A stretch of 64,000 nucleotides of DNA from Podarcis tiliguerta (lineage: Eukaryota). Location: NCBI GenBank assembly GCA_965153285.1, contig OZ229116.1. One strand, written 5' to 3'. Of the stretch, positions 12,542 through 24,428 are shown in pieces. The notes under the pieces were generated by a model. The model was given only the letters and a program-made list of their open reading frames with translations, was not told where the DNA came from and made no database searches. Position 1 is the first letter of the stretch; every line of letters begins with the position of its first letter. The position numbers were made by a program, and so were the translations under genes.

Positions 12542-14196
12542 TTAAAACTCTTCATTTTGACATGCACCTATAACATGGGAATTAAATTGCACCACTATAA
12601 TTGTGATATCATCCCGGTACATCCGAGCCAACTCTTCTGGAAGACTGAGCATCTTTGACAGCCGTTCATGATCAACGGTACCAAACTCATTATTTCCAAC
12701 CGCATGGCGTATCAAGTGAGTTGCTGCATTCTGGTCTTCAAAGGCTGAAGAGACCCGGGCTCTCCTTTCTGTTAGAAGACCATGCATCTGTCCCAGAGTT
12801 ACCTTGTAACCTCCAACAGCTATTGGTTCTTCATGATGAACACCTGTTAGATACTCACCTACAATTCTAACCACATCCTGCCTGTGCATGGTTTCCCACA
12901 AGCCATCTGTTGCCAATATCAGGAATTTGTCCTGAGGTCTTAATTTGTGATGTATTATCTCTGGCTCAGCTGTGAGGTATGGCGGAGTATGGTAATTTGG
13001 TGGGATGAACTTTGTATATTCGTTATCATTGAGCTGATCTGGGCCCGTCTCTACCACTCTCTTCTGAAGGTCAATGCTCCATTTAAATTTGACATCTCCA
13101 AAAGCTCTGAAAGGCATCAGTAGGCCCAACAGTCTATCTTGTTTCACAACACTCTTTTCTTCAGACTTTGGGTGCTCCATTTTGAGTCGTGCAATCTCAT
13201 TTTCGTTCTGTGCATTATGATCATAAGACAGAGCAACAGCAGACCAAGATCCATCCTCTTCTTGGACACCAAGCATGGCCCTGCTGTCACCAGTATTAGC
13301 AACATGTAAATCAACTCCATCAACATGCGCCACACAAGCAGTTGCACCAGAGAAGGCTACACGTAGTACCAAATAATTGAGAAAAGAATTTGGATCGCCT
13401 ACTTGAGCTTCTAAAGAAATGTCATTGTCAAGCCTTTTAAAGGCATTAATTAAAGCCTCTTTTACATCAGTTGTCTCCCCAGTGTTAAGGTCTATGAGTT
13501 CCTGCCAGTAAGTTCGTAAGCTGTTAAAATACAATTTGGAGGCTTCTTTACTGAAATAATCATTGGGGTGCTTGTGCCACTGTAAGATGGGCAACAGGGC
13601 CCTACCACTCTCAACAGCATTTTCTATTTCAAGTAAAGTCTCATGGGGTAACAGAGAAACAGCTATGTAATAAAACAGTCTTTCACTGACAGCCTGTGCA
13701 CAGGCACATCCTGCATGGCCATCAAACACACCAAGAAGCATTCCTCTTGTTTGCAAGCAAGTGGCTGCACTTCTTCTGTCTTCTATTGGTGCATTGGCAG
13801 GAAGCTGGTTGCTATCAAAGCCAAGGACAGAACTTAAGTTTTTGCCATCAAACTCTGGCACTTTGAAACTGTATTCATTTGCCTTCAGGATGCTGTTGAC
13901 TTGTGGAGGTGTGAGGTAAAACCTCTGTGGTGTGGATACATAGTTTCTTGCATGAATAAACTGACTGAAATTCTCCTTTGGCCTACTGAGTGTTGCAAAC
14001 TTCTTCGGAGGAACATACCTCAAATGATTGTGAGTTAAGTGAGGTGACAAGCAACATAGATGTTTATGATGACAGTAGCATGCGGTGTTGTATATCTTGC
14101 CAATCTCACAACTGCGAATTAATGGGAGCAATAGCTGAGTTGGTGCTGGCATGGCATCAGAGAACAATGGCAACCTGGGGTTTCTGACTGGAATTG
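12542..14196 (-). CDS. PDP1: Pyruvate dehydrogenase phosphatase catalytic subunit 1 (PPM/PP2C family), main coding exon; canonical ATG at 14152 (MPAPTQ..., 536 aa), stop at 12542-12544
   Basis: ORF reads MPAPTQLL...YLTPPQVNSILKANEYSFKVPEFDGKN...GVFDGHAG...ILATDGLWE...YRDDITIIVVQF, matching vertebrate PDP1 with PP2C metal-binding motifs. Splice acceptor ccccgcag|CAATTC at 14197/14196, so the ORF-track start at 14224 is intronic. Confidence 0.97.
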
Positions 14197-15723
14197 CTGC
14201 GGGGGAGGGGGGGAACACAAGCAATAAGTAAGCTTAGAAATAATTTTAAAGGAAGCAATACATATCAACTACTCTATTCTAAATGACAATTTAATATGCA
14301 CAATTAATTAACAGCAATTAACTGACAAAAACAGCAACACATTTAAGGAAAGTTTAATAGACTAATCTAAGGCTAAATTTCCTCAAGGAGAACATATCTC
14401 AGTTCACACTGTTATACTTGTGTAGAACTATAAACAGAGTGACCTATTTTTACAGCTGTACTAACTTAACCAGAACTTTATATTGGGAGTGTGAAAAGTC
14501 AACTAAAGGTTACAGTATGAAGAACAGTGTCATAGATTGAGATTCAAGACGACGTCTAGAAGACAGTCTCCATTTCTGAACTGGCAGTGAGAAGTTAAGT
14601 TTATCCAGCCCAAGATTTTATTTATTCATATTGTTACTTATGTTAATTTTTCCAACGCCTCCCTCAGTTTTTACAAATTTAAGGTCAAGTGTGTACAACC
14701 AATACATATATGTGCATTTGTTTAATCAAAAGATAAGTCATACTCATTTTAATGGGACTTAGTTCCAAACAAGCATAGGATTACAGTCTTAATATCCTAT
14801 AATAAATTTGCTGCACCCCATCACCTGTCTTTTTGAAGTTTTATAACTACTAGATATTTAGGAGCTACAAAACTTCAATCAAGGCTTCTAAACCCTTGTT
14901 TGTTTGTTGCTTTAACAAATTTAATAAATAATAATAAATCTTTACTCTGATCTCAGTCAATGATTGCTGTGGATTGCATGCAATACCATCTTTTGTTCTA
15001 AGATATGCATTCATATAGAACACATATTCAAATGACACCCTACCTATCACTACCAATCTAAGGCCAGACCAAATTTATGAACCACAACTGAAGGCTACCA
15101 ACAGCCGCCTCTGAAAGAAACCACATATATTATCTACTAAGTATAGTCAGGCTTAATAGTTTTCCTTTTCATCCAGAAGATCAATTGTTCATAGTTTACT
15201 ATAGGACCTACTGTTTTTTTAAAAAAACTTTGTTTAAAGACTCATTAATTCAAGTGAGATTATTTGTTTTGTATAAAGTTTAGATCCAGCCTTCCAATAG
15301 AAGCTTCTGAAAGCTGGTTTAAGAAAACTATGGTGCAAATTATTACTAATATTACTATAATATTTATTCATATACCTTCTTTTCCCCAGTCAGGGACTCA
15401 TTATAGGTTATTATGCATAACATCCTGCTAATTTTTCACATTTGAACAAATCAACATTCTGCACAAATGTGATACTTTTGTGAAGATGACACTATTTTTT
15501 CTCTCTGTACTGCTTCACATTCACAACCCTTATTTGTAAAGATTCAAATCCTAGGAGCATGAACTACTCAGCTTAGGAGGCAACACAAATTTAAAGTAAC
15601 CTTCAGAGTACGGTACTATAACATGCAATAACATATATTCATTATATAGTCTTCTAACCCCACTACCATCCCTCCAAATTCCTATTACAGTACTCAGAAA
15701 AGAGGAGCACAAAAAATACATAC

Positions 15724-15784
15724 CAATCCGCCTGGGCCCAGGACACACACACATTCTCCTGTCACAACAAGAAGCCGCCAACAT
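15724..15784 (-). CDS. PDP1: PDP1 alternative upstream coding exon (MLAASCCDRR-MCVCPGPRRI); ATGs at 15784 and 15754
   Basis: Ends in donor ATTG|GTATGT at 15724/15723. The phase-1 join to 14196 gives ...PRRI-A-IPVRNPRLPLFSDAMPAP in frame, matching the recalled mammalian long-isoform N-terminus MCVCPGPRRIGIPVR. The 5' boundary of the exon is not resolved. Confidence 0.85.
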
Positions 15785-17949
15785 CCACAAAGCAGTAGCC
15801 CAGGAAAAGCAAGGCAGAGAGTTTATTAAAGAAGGAGGAAGAGGTCTCCAACATTGAAGGGGGACAGAAAGACAAACAGTTTGTTTGTAGTGACAAGCAT
15901 TAAGAAGCAGCAACTGCAGCACAGCCATCTCTCAGCAGCATTGTCTAATCCTACTGCAGACCCAACTCACTGCTCGTCATCCCTCTTGCTGAACAACATA
16001 GCACTCAGTTCACGCATGATTCATCTGTCAGCCCAACCTAAAGAGCAACAAGCACACTCATCCTTTTAAAGCAGGGCTGGAGACCTTTTTTATATATATA
16101 TAAAAAGATAAGCACCAACTTTAGTTGATTAGAGCCACAATCAAAATTATAGGTACCAGCTCTGCATGGGACAATGTAAAATTCCACCTTAGTTGCTACA
16201 AACTAAGGTGTTCAATATTATTCCAGCTCTGTTGGCCTAAAACATTAGTAAACATACTAGATTCCTGCTCTGTGGGATTTAAAACCACACATATATGCCA
16301 CATTAAATATGCTCATGGATAATCTGAAAAAGGTGCACATCATTAACAGAGAGGGAAGGAGCCTCCCTCTACAAAGCAACTTATCCAATAGTGCCTTTCT
16401 TTTTTCTCCTATAACCCTAACTTGTTGAGGGTTTTATATACATGTACATATTTATTAGGGAAAGCTTATCTGGGATATTGGTGGTGCTAAAACTATGCAC
16501 AGATGATGTCTGCAACCCATACATATAGAGGGGTTCATTATAACGAATATTCAACTCAGCTACAAGAAATCAAACTGGTCCATAGCCAATTCAAGTGGAA
16601 GACAGGCACAACTGCAAGACCACTAGTATCTCATCAGCTATTCTATCTGCAAGGATAACTTCTTACTTGCAGTATGGTGGTATCTTGACAACAAATTAAA
16701 ACAGCTTCTCATTCCTAGGAAGCCTGTGCATCCAATCATACACCACAAGGCCTGGGATCAATTGTTGTGCTGATGAGGTCTTATTCACTCCTTAGGTTTC
16801 AAGGCAGGAGGAAATATGATTATCAAAACTGCAATGATCAATTGGTTGGACTGATTTTTTAAAATCAGTTAATGTAATAGAAATGTCCCTGAACAGCTTC
16901 TTTTAAAATATAAATACATGCATATTTTAAATAGTACTTAATGTGAACTTAAGCAGTACTGTACTCTCTCTTCAAAATGCAGGAATGCTTCTTCTAAGAT
17001 AATGGGAAGTATGCAATGCCCTTGTTCCACTTGCCCAAGGATTTATACTTGTGCAGTGGAACTTTCCTCTAGCAATCCCAAAGTCTGCCCTGGAGGGTTG
17101 TGGGAACCCTCAGAACAGATTTAGAGGGCACACAAGGGGAAGGAAAGGTGCAATGGTAAATATTTGTCCTAACAGAACAAGAGACTTAAGAACTACTTTG
17201 GAAACAAGCCAATGCCTGCTCTGATACCAATCTAAAGATAAACAATGTCTACTTCTTACTTCCGAACTATAATTCTTTACATCTCAATTAAATTTGCATA
17301 TGGGCCATCAGCCAGGATTTAGCAATAGCTCTAGTTGTGACATCTAGAAGCACATCAAGTGAGACCCTTTGCTTATCTTCCTCAATACAGCAAACGAACG
17401 GCAGCAGTCCTCCAAGGTTTCAGAAAAAAAAGAAGCCTTCCCCAACCTACCTGCAGACTAAGCCTTCCACATGTAAAGAATGTGCTCCATTGCTAAACCT
17501 CCCTCCCTTGTGTCTTGTGCACAGGTCACGATTTAAGAGACCACAGATGCTTCCCTCAACAAGAAGACCCCAGTGCAGCTTCTTTCTTTAGCGACTTGAA
17601 AGGCATACGCTGGTTGGGGAACACGCAGCTCTCTGGATGTTGCCAGGAATTCCCACTTCCAGCCAACCACATCCATGGGAAAAAGGCAAGGGATTTCAGC
17701 CTTGCAACGTATCCCAAGGGCTGCAGTTCCCCTGCCTTAGCTGAAAAGGCTGTAGCTTGCCTCGTCTGCCCATTGCGCCTTTCTGGCCAGCTGGGAAGTG
17801 CAGCCTGGATTATACACGTGGGAAGGGAGATGACGGGTTAACTTCGGGTTGTTGTTTTTTAAAAACCTAGAGTTTGATTACATATTGGTGGAAATTGGGC
17901 TGCCTCTCCCCGCCCCCCCCCCCCCAAATCAAAATAAACCTCAGCACCA

Positions 17950-19200
17950 GCAAGGAATCTCGGCCTCCCTCCCTGCCGGGCATCCTTTTCAGTAGCTGGG
18001 CGGCACCTGCCACAAGAGCAGCCTCACAGCCACCACAACCACCTCCTCCTCACCTCCACCTACTCGGCGGCCACAGGCATCGCCTCAGGCCGAAAGGCAA
18101 GAGCTGACACCTAATCCTCCCCGGGTCTTTCCTTCATTCTCTCACACACCCGCCGGCAGACAAATGCCCCGCTCCGCCCCAGGGCCTGTGTCAAGACCAC
18201 AGTCAAGACAGGCACAGACACACACACACACGCAACACACCCTCCTCAGAGAGACTGACCTGGTCAGCTTTAGGGTCGGGGCCCCGCTCGGGCAGCGGGA
18301 AATGGAGAGAGCGGGGAAGTTTGACACCCACCCCGCCTCTTGTCTGTCAGGCCCCCTCAGCGACGGCCGCGCGCCAGGTGGAACTCGCCGCCGCCGCCGC
18401 CCCGCCCTTCCTCACCCACCCCCTTTTTTCCTTTATCCCGCCGCCGGCAAGCGAGAGCGCGCCCCCGTGTGCGCGCGCCCACCGCGTTCCCTCAGCGGCA
18501 GCAACGGCAGCAGCGCCGAACGCCCAGCCCGCCGCGTGACAGCTTCCCTTGTGTCGTGGGCGGAGTTTTTCCCCCCTTTCTCCTTTTTTGTGACGAGCCG
18601 CGGCTTATAAAAGCCTCCGTTCGGCCGGGCTCCGAAGCTCCTATTGGCTGAAGGGCGACTCTCACGTGAGCCTCTCCCCCGTCACGTCAGCTTCCCTTCC
18701 CCCGCCCCGCCTCGCCTCGCCCCGCCCCCTCCTCTTTCTTCCACCCCCCCCCCGCTCTTTTTCTCTCTGTCTTCATTTTTCTTATATCAAACGGTTTCCT
18801 TACCGGCGGAAGGATTTCACATTCTCGTCTTCTTCGGCCTGCTTTGTTCCATTGGTGGGTAAAGATCTTGCCGATGCCGCCTCCGCGGATGAGTTCCTTC
18901 TCGTTCTTCTTAGCGCATTTCTCCTGGCTCTGTTAGACGCAAAGAGGCTGAGAGAAAAAGGGCGGGCTCACAAGAAGAGGCTGCGCTTTGCCGGAGGAGG
19001 AGGGGGCGGAGTTTCTCCGAGCGGGGCCCGCCTTTCCTTCCTCCTGGCCTATCGGGGCTCTTGGCGGAGGAAGGGCGTGGCCCGCATTCCTCCTGAATGC
19101 GGGGGGGGGGGCTGTTAAAAAACCTCGCATGGGCGAAATAAACGGTCGCATTTCCTTCTTCCGCCGCCTGTTTCTTAGCGTCCAGCAAGGTCACTTTCAA
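17950..19200 (-). promoter_or_regulatory. CpG island / PDP1 promoter
   Basis: The only extended CpG-dense region of the window. On the minus strand: TATAA at about 18605-18610 and CCAAT at 18643-18647. Also E-box CACGTG 18663-18668, CRE-like TCACGTCA near 18682, and several GC boxes (e.g. about 18701-18725 and 19003-19032). Confidence 0.85.
18483..18575 (-). other. PDP1: Probable PDP1 first (5'UTR) exon
   Basis: Lies about 30 nt downstream of a TATA-like box on the minus strand; GC-rich; ends at candidate donor CGCG|GTGGGC (18483/18482). TSS position is approximate. Confidence 0.5.
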
Positions 19201-19342
19201 AGCTTTTGTTCCCCGTTCTGTATACATACATTGAAAAAGGTGGTCATAAAGATGAGTGCCAACAGTGTCCCTATCCTAAAGTGCTTTTCCTTGGAAGAAA
19301 TCACCACCGACTGCGGGTACAAATCCTCATTTATTTTAGTTT

Positions 19343-19540
19343 TAGGGGTGCCAACTTGGAATAAAATATCCGGGGGGGGCACGTAAGCCCCGTCCCGCAT
19401 AATCGATCACAAGACATGGCACATGCGCACCATTGGAATGACAGTGCCCATCAACTTTTTTGGGGGGGAGGGTCCTGACCCCCTCAAATCTTTTATTGGG
19501 GGGAGCGAAGGGACCTCGGCCCCTAGGAATTGACTCCTGT
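19343..19540. mobile_element. Probable hAT-type MITE at the distal edge of the CpG island
   Basis: aggggtgccaact...aattgactcct imperfect TIRs with a G-rich interior. Confidence 0.5.
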
Positions 19541-22500
19541 GTTTTAGTTTGTATGCTCATCTCCAGGGAAAGGAGGGGGCTGAGTGAGGAACACGTCCCC
19601 CCTCCCCACTTTTATCTTTACAACCCTGTGAGGTAGGTTAGGCTGAGAGAGAGAATAAAATGGGTTACTGCTGGCTGCCACTGATGGGTGGGGATGGGTT
19701 TGGGCGATGTGGCCTGCTAGGCAATGATTTGCGGGACAATCAGCCAGGGAAGAGTTTTGCATTGGGAATTGCAATATCCCCCCCTTATCTTTCCAGGTCA
19801 TAAAAGGCTTATAAAAAAGGGAGGACCCTCCCCTCCTCTTCTTGGGTAGGTGGGGATGGGAAAAGTTCTGCTGCCCCCTGGTCCTAGCCCAGCACTAGGC
19901 AAACAGAGACAGGTCTCTGCCCGCGAAGAGCTTATATTCTAGAATAATTGAAGAGGGGAAGAAATAAGAGGTGAATACAACTATCCTCTCTACCGTTAGC
20001 AAACTCAACCCCATGAACATAAAAAATGGCACTGTCCAGCAGAAAGGTGTCAACAGACAGGTTTGCAGGAGCCCATAAAAGCTGGAGGGACCCCCTAAGG
20101 GATGGACCCCAGAACAGAATAAGGAGGGGTGAGCGTGCTCCTTGGTCACAAAATGCTTTGAGGAAATGAAATGGGAGTCTCCTGAAAGCAGGCTTGGCTA
20201 GCGCTAGCAGGCTGGACCTCTTGATAGGAGCACTCCACAAGTTTTGTTCGTTGCAGGTCCCCACTTGTGTGTACTGTTTTCCATTTAAAACGAATGTAGC
20301 CGATGTGTAAAAGGGACTTTATAATCTGAACATGGAGACGATGTATGTACTTCTGTAACCCAAGAAAACCTTGAATAAAAACAATAATCACACACACAAT
20401 GAATAGTCAAGTGCACATGTTGATGCTGTACCAGAATTCAAAGTAATGTGATCCTGCCTTGACCTCATTTTCCCTCGAGGATTACCTCATTGTCCCTCGA
20501 CCTACCTATCCACTTATCAGACAAGTGGCTTTGCACCTTTTAATAACTGCATCATAAAATCAAGACATGAGGATTGATAGCTCAGACTTCTCCCATTGCT
20601 GCATCTCTATGCTGCAAAAAGTTCCCCTTGTTTGATTTCTGCTTGTTACATGGTAGAGTAGCATTACATTTTTAAAAAAGTCATTCTGGTCTCCATGCAG
20701 AATCAAAGCGGCACCAAATTAGAGAAACAGAGGGTGAGGTGGAGACACAATATGATTGATAGTTCTATTTATTATCCACTCTTTCAAGCAGCTCAGTCAG
20801 GGTAACTTTGGTCGCCTGTCCAGACACTGCTGCTCAGAATCAGACTCCCTTCAATTCAACAAATTAAATTTGCATGCCTTGGGAGCGATCCCTGATGACC
20901 AATGTTTGCACCATCTGTGCACCTGTGGCATTTTGCAAGGAACATGTTCCTACCCCACTGGACTTAATCAAAATAGATGCAGAAACAACAGAGAAAGGGG
21001 GGGGGGAGGGCAACATGTGGAGCAAAGAAACAAATGTGTGGTTATGAAAGTATAATTAAAATAAGACTGTAACACTTGGATTTTAAAATCACATTGATTT
21101 CAATGAAGATAACTTTTCAAGTGACATCATACAACAGCCTTTATGAAAGTTTTTAAATGTGTTTTGCAACTGTAATGTGCATGTTTTAGTTAGCAGCCAT
21201 TTAGAAGTCCAATCGGGACTCCTGCTGAGCCTAATTAGGATTGGAAGTTCTCGACCCCTGCTCTTGACCATTGATCTTCAATTGGGGGGGGGGGGGTGGT
21301 CCAAGACTCATACTGGGTTGGCATGACAGTCTGAGGTCAGTAACCACAGTGGCATTCCCACCAATTTATTATGTTTGTTTAAGAGGGGCGGGGTGTGTGA
21401 GACGAAATGTAAAGGAGGATAGATCACTTATATCTTTGATAGTTGTGTATGAAAGGGAAATTTCAGCGCTTGCAGCTTCTCACCATTTCACTGCATCTAG
21501 CAGCATTCCGCCTACAATGCAACTCTGAAAGGTACAAAAGCCCTGCTCTTGCCTGTAGAAAAAGAAGGAAGGTAGATGTATATGGTTAAGAAAAAACAAA
21601 CAAAGTGGGTCTCATGTTGCAGGTTGTAGTTAAAAGTGGACCCTATATCTCAAACTGTTGAATGCTGCTGCTTTAGAGCCGTGGCTGGCGCTGTTTGTAA
21701 TCTCCAATTTGTTCAGAGGGCAGAACTATTAATAGCATTAGCTACTGACTTGTGCTGCTGGTCTGCAAATAACTTGGTAAAATGAGGTGAGGGGAGGGGG
21801 AGACTTTTTAAAAACAAAGTATTGCTCACCTGAGATAGCAGCCCTCTGCTTAATGTTGCCTCATTGATTCACCATTTTTCTGTCATCCCTGAAAGTTTAC
21901 AAGTGTCTTGACTGAGTGTAGTTTACCTTGATGTGACCTGATGGTCAGTTGGTTTGCGTTTAGTCTGCTCGTACTATGTTTAGAATGGCAGAATGCCTGT
22001 GGGGAAAAAAAACTGTGTAGGCCTTCAGCTTAGTCCACTGGGGAGTCAGCAAAATATTTTTGGTGGTTGTGGCATATTTAAACTGCTGCTTTCAGCAATA
22101 TAAAGTAGTACTGCTGCTCCTGAATTTATTTTGCAAAATTTACTTCCCCCATGGTTGTAACCGGTCCCTGTTTGTGCTGCAGTGAAGCATTGCTATAGAA
22201 TCCTTGCTACACTGATATAATGGGAGCAGAAGCCCCCCCCAACCCCCCTTGTATGACATCTAAAGGCTTCCTTGGAGGCAGGTTGAAACATGCACAAACA
22301 AGAAACAATCATTATTTCCTGGCAAAGATGGCAGACTTTGCCTTTTCCTGCATGCCCAGCGTTGGGTGAATTCATTCATTCATTTCTCTTTCACACCTTC
22401 AAGGACAGATCCCTGTTTAATACCACTGTTACATAAATAACAAGTGCTGCAATTTGTGGCTTTGATCTTCAAGCTGCTAACCTCATCTGGAATAATTAAC

Positions 22501-22630
22501 CCATCTAATGTGACTACTTTGGAGTAAGTCACTTAACATTGGCACAATGCTCTATATAGACCACCCTTTTTCAAAAGACCCTAGGATAGTTTACAAAAAG
22601 CAAGGCAATAAAAATACAACAATATCATTA

Positions 22631-22855
22631 AGTGGTACCTCGGGTTAAGAACTTAATTCGTTCCGGAGGTCCGTTCTTAACCTGAAACTGTTCTTAACCT
22701 GAAGCACCACTTTAGCTAATGGGGCCTCCTGCTGCTGCCACGCCACCGGAGCACGATTTCTGTTCTCATCCTGAAGTAAAGGTCTTAACCCGAGGTTCTA
22801 TTTCTGGGTTAGCGGAGTCTGTAACCTGAAGCGTATGTAACCCGAGGTCCCACTG
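22631..22855 (-). mobile_element. Tigger/pogo-like MITE, same family as 6653
   Basis: Reverse-complement copy with the same TIRs. Confidence 0.9.
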
Positions 22856-23175
22856 TACATCCAATAAAATGGCAAAACATTAAACCCAACATTTCCCACT
22901 TCATAGCAACAACACAGTACTGTACCTGGTAAATCAATATAGATGGCATGGCACAAACATTAAGATATCCTAAAGACCTGGGTGAAGAAATGTGTCTTTA
23001 ATTAATAACAGAAAACTCACAGGGCTTAAGTTAATGTACGGGATTCTCCCTCTCACCATTTTATTCTTACAACAACTCTGTGAGGTAGGTTAGGCCGAGA
23101 GTGAGTGAGTGGCCCAAGGTCACTCAGCAAGCTTGTCCCCTCCAGATGCTGGACTGTGACTCCTAACATCCCTGG

Positions 23176-23272
23176 GACCTGGGACAGCTCAGTCTGTAGA
23201 GCATGGGATTGTTAATCTCAGGTTCATGGATTAGATGATCCTCAAGGTTCCTTCTAACACTATGATTCTATA
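23176..23272 (+). mobile_element. Degenerate tRNA-head SINE with a CR1-derived tail
   Basis: agctcagtctgtagagcatgggattgttaatctcagg (tRNA-like head) followed by tagatgatcctcaaggttccttctaacactatgattctat (CR1 3' end); a similar tail lies at 7623-7685. Confidence 0.6.
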
Positions 23273-23402
23273 ATCATTTATGCTTGCTGGGGCTAGTGGG
23301 AGGTAGAGTCCCACAATGTTTGGAAAACAACCGGTTCCTCACTCCTGCCTCATAAACTTACTGTCATAGTTATTAAAATATCCTAAATTCAATTTTAGTA
23401 AT

Positions 23403-23440
23403 AAAGGTAAAGGCAAAGGGACCCTGAACCCTGACCATTG
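23403..23440 (-). mobile_element. Sauria SINE 3' tail fragment
   Basis: aaaggtaaaggcaaagggaccctga...cctgaccatt. Confidence 0.6.
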
Positions 23441-23879
23441 GCTGTCAGGCTGGGTCTTCTGCAAGGTGGGCTCCAGCAACAGGTTCCTCACCCCTGTCCT
23501 AGATTATGTGGAACTGAATTTGCGTTTGAGGGATTTAAACTGGCAAGGCAGCTTGGTGTCCCTAGAACTCAATGCACTCTCCATAGTTGCCTCGCTGAGT
23601 CTTTGGGGCTTCTTAATAATTGTTTGTGCGGTATAAACAGCCACCAGTTATACCACAGATAGATCAGTGGAGCTGACGGGCTGATGGGAGTTGAAGTCCA
23701 ACAACATCCAGAGAACCACACAGGCTCCTCTCTCCTGAGTTAAAGGCTGGCAGCTGAAATTAAATTAAGTGAAACAACCCATAGGTCCTAATAGACAATT
23801 ATTATTTTCTTTTTTGTGAATTACTAGTTCGGGCAGTCATAGGGTGGTTCGTGGGAGTTTTGCTGGGACATACTAATTT

Positions 23880-24423
23880 TACTCATGGAAGAACCCCGAC
23901 CAAACCTAAGAGGAGGCGTGTAGTGGTGATAGGGGATTCCCTACTGAGGGGAACAGAAGCAGTGATCTGTGGGCCTGACAAGATGTCTCGGGAAGTGTGC
24001 TGTCTCCCCGGGGCTAAGATCCAAGATGTAACTGAACGACTGCCAGGAATCATAAAACCCACTGACAAATACCCCTTCCTCTTGGTTCATGTGGGAACCA
24101 ATGACACTGCAAGCAATAGCCTCCAGAAGATCAAAAGAGATTACGAGGCTCTGGGCAGGAAATTGAAGCAATTAAATGCACAAATTGTCATCTCATCTGT
24201 CCTCCCAGTTGAACGACGTGGCCCAGGGAGAGAGGGGAAAATAGTGGAAGTAAACAGGTGGCTTCGCAAATGGTGTAAACAGGAACGGTTTGGATTCTTA
24301 GATCACGGACTGCAGTTTCTTGAAGATGGACTTCTGGCAAGCGATGGGCTGCACCTCACAACGGTTGGGAGGAATGTTTTTGCCAAAAAACTCAGAAACC
24401 TCATCAGGAGAGCTTTAAACTGA
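23880..24423 (+). CDS. CR1 ORF1p C-terminal SGNH/GDSL esterase-like domain (partial)
   Basis: RRVVVIGDSLLRG...LVHVGTND...DGLHL motifs. Confidence 0.9.
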
Positions 24424-24428
24424 CTAAT

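Noticed and set aside
14197-14224. ORF-track N-terminus MLVFPPSPA of PDP1
   Set aside because: Non-ATG start inside the intronic polypyrimidine tract, upstream of the splice acceptor.
17874-19400. Many overlapping 70-150 aa ORFs
   Set aside because: Low-complexity Pro/Arg/Ala-rich frames are expected in a GC-rich CpG island; no recognisable domain.
23183-23227. tRNA gene
   Set aside because: Only a degenerate 5' half is present, with no T-arm or acceptor stem, and it is followed by a CR1 tail; it is a SINE remnant.
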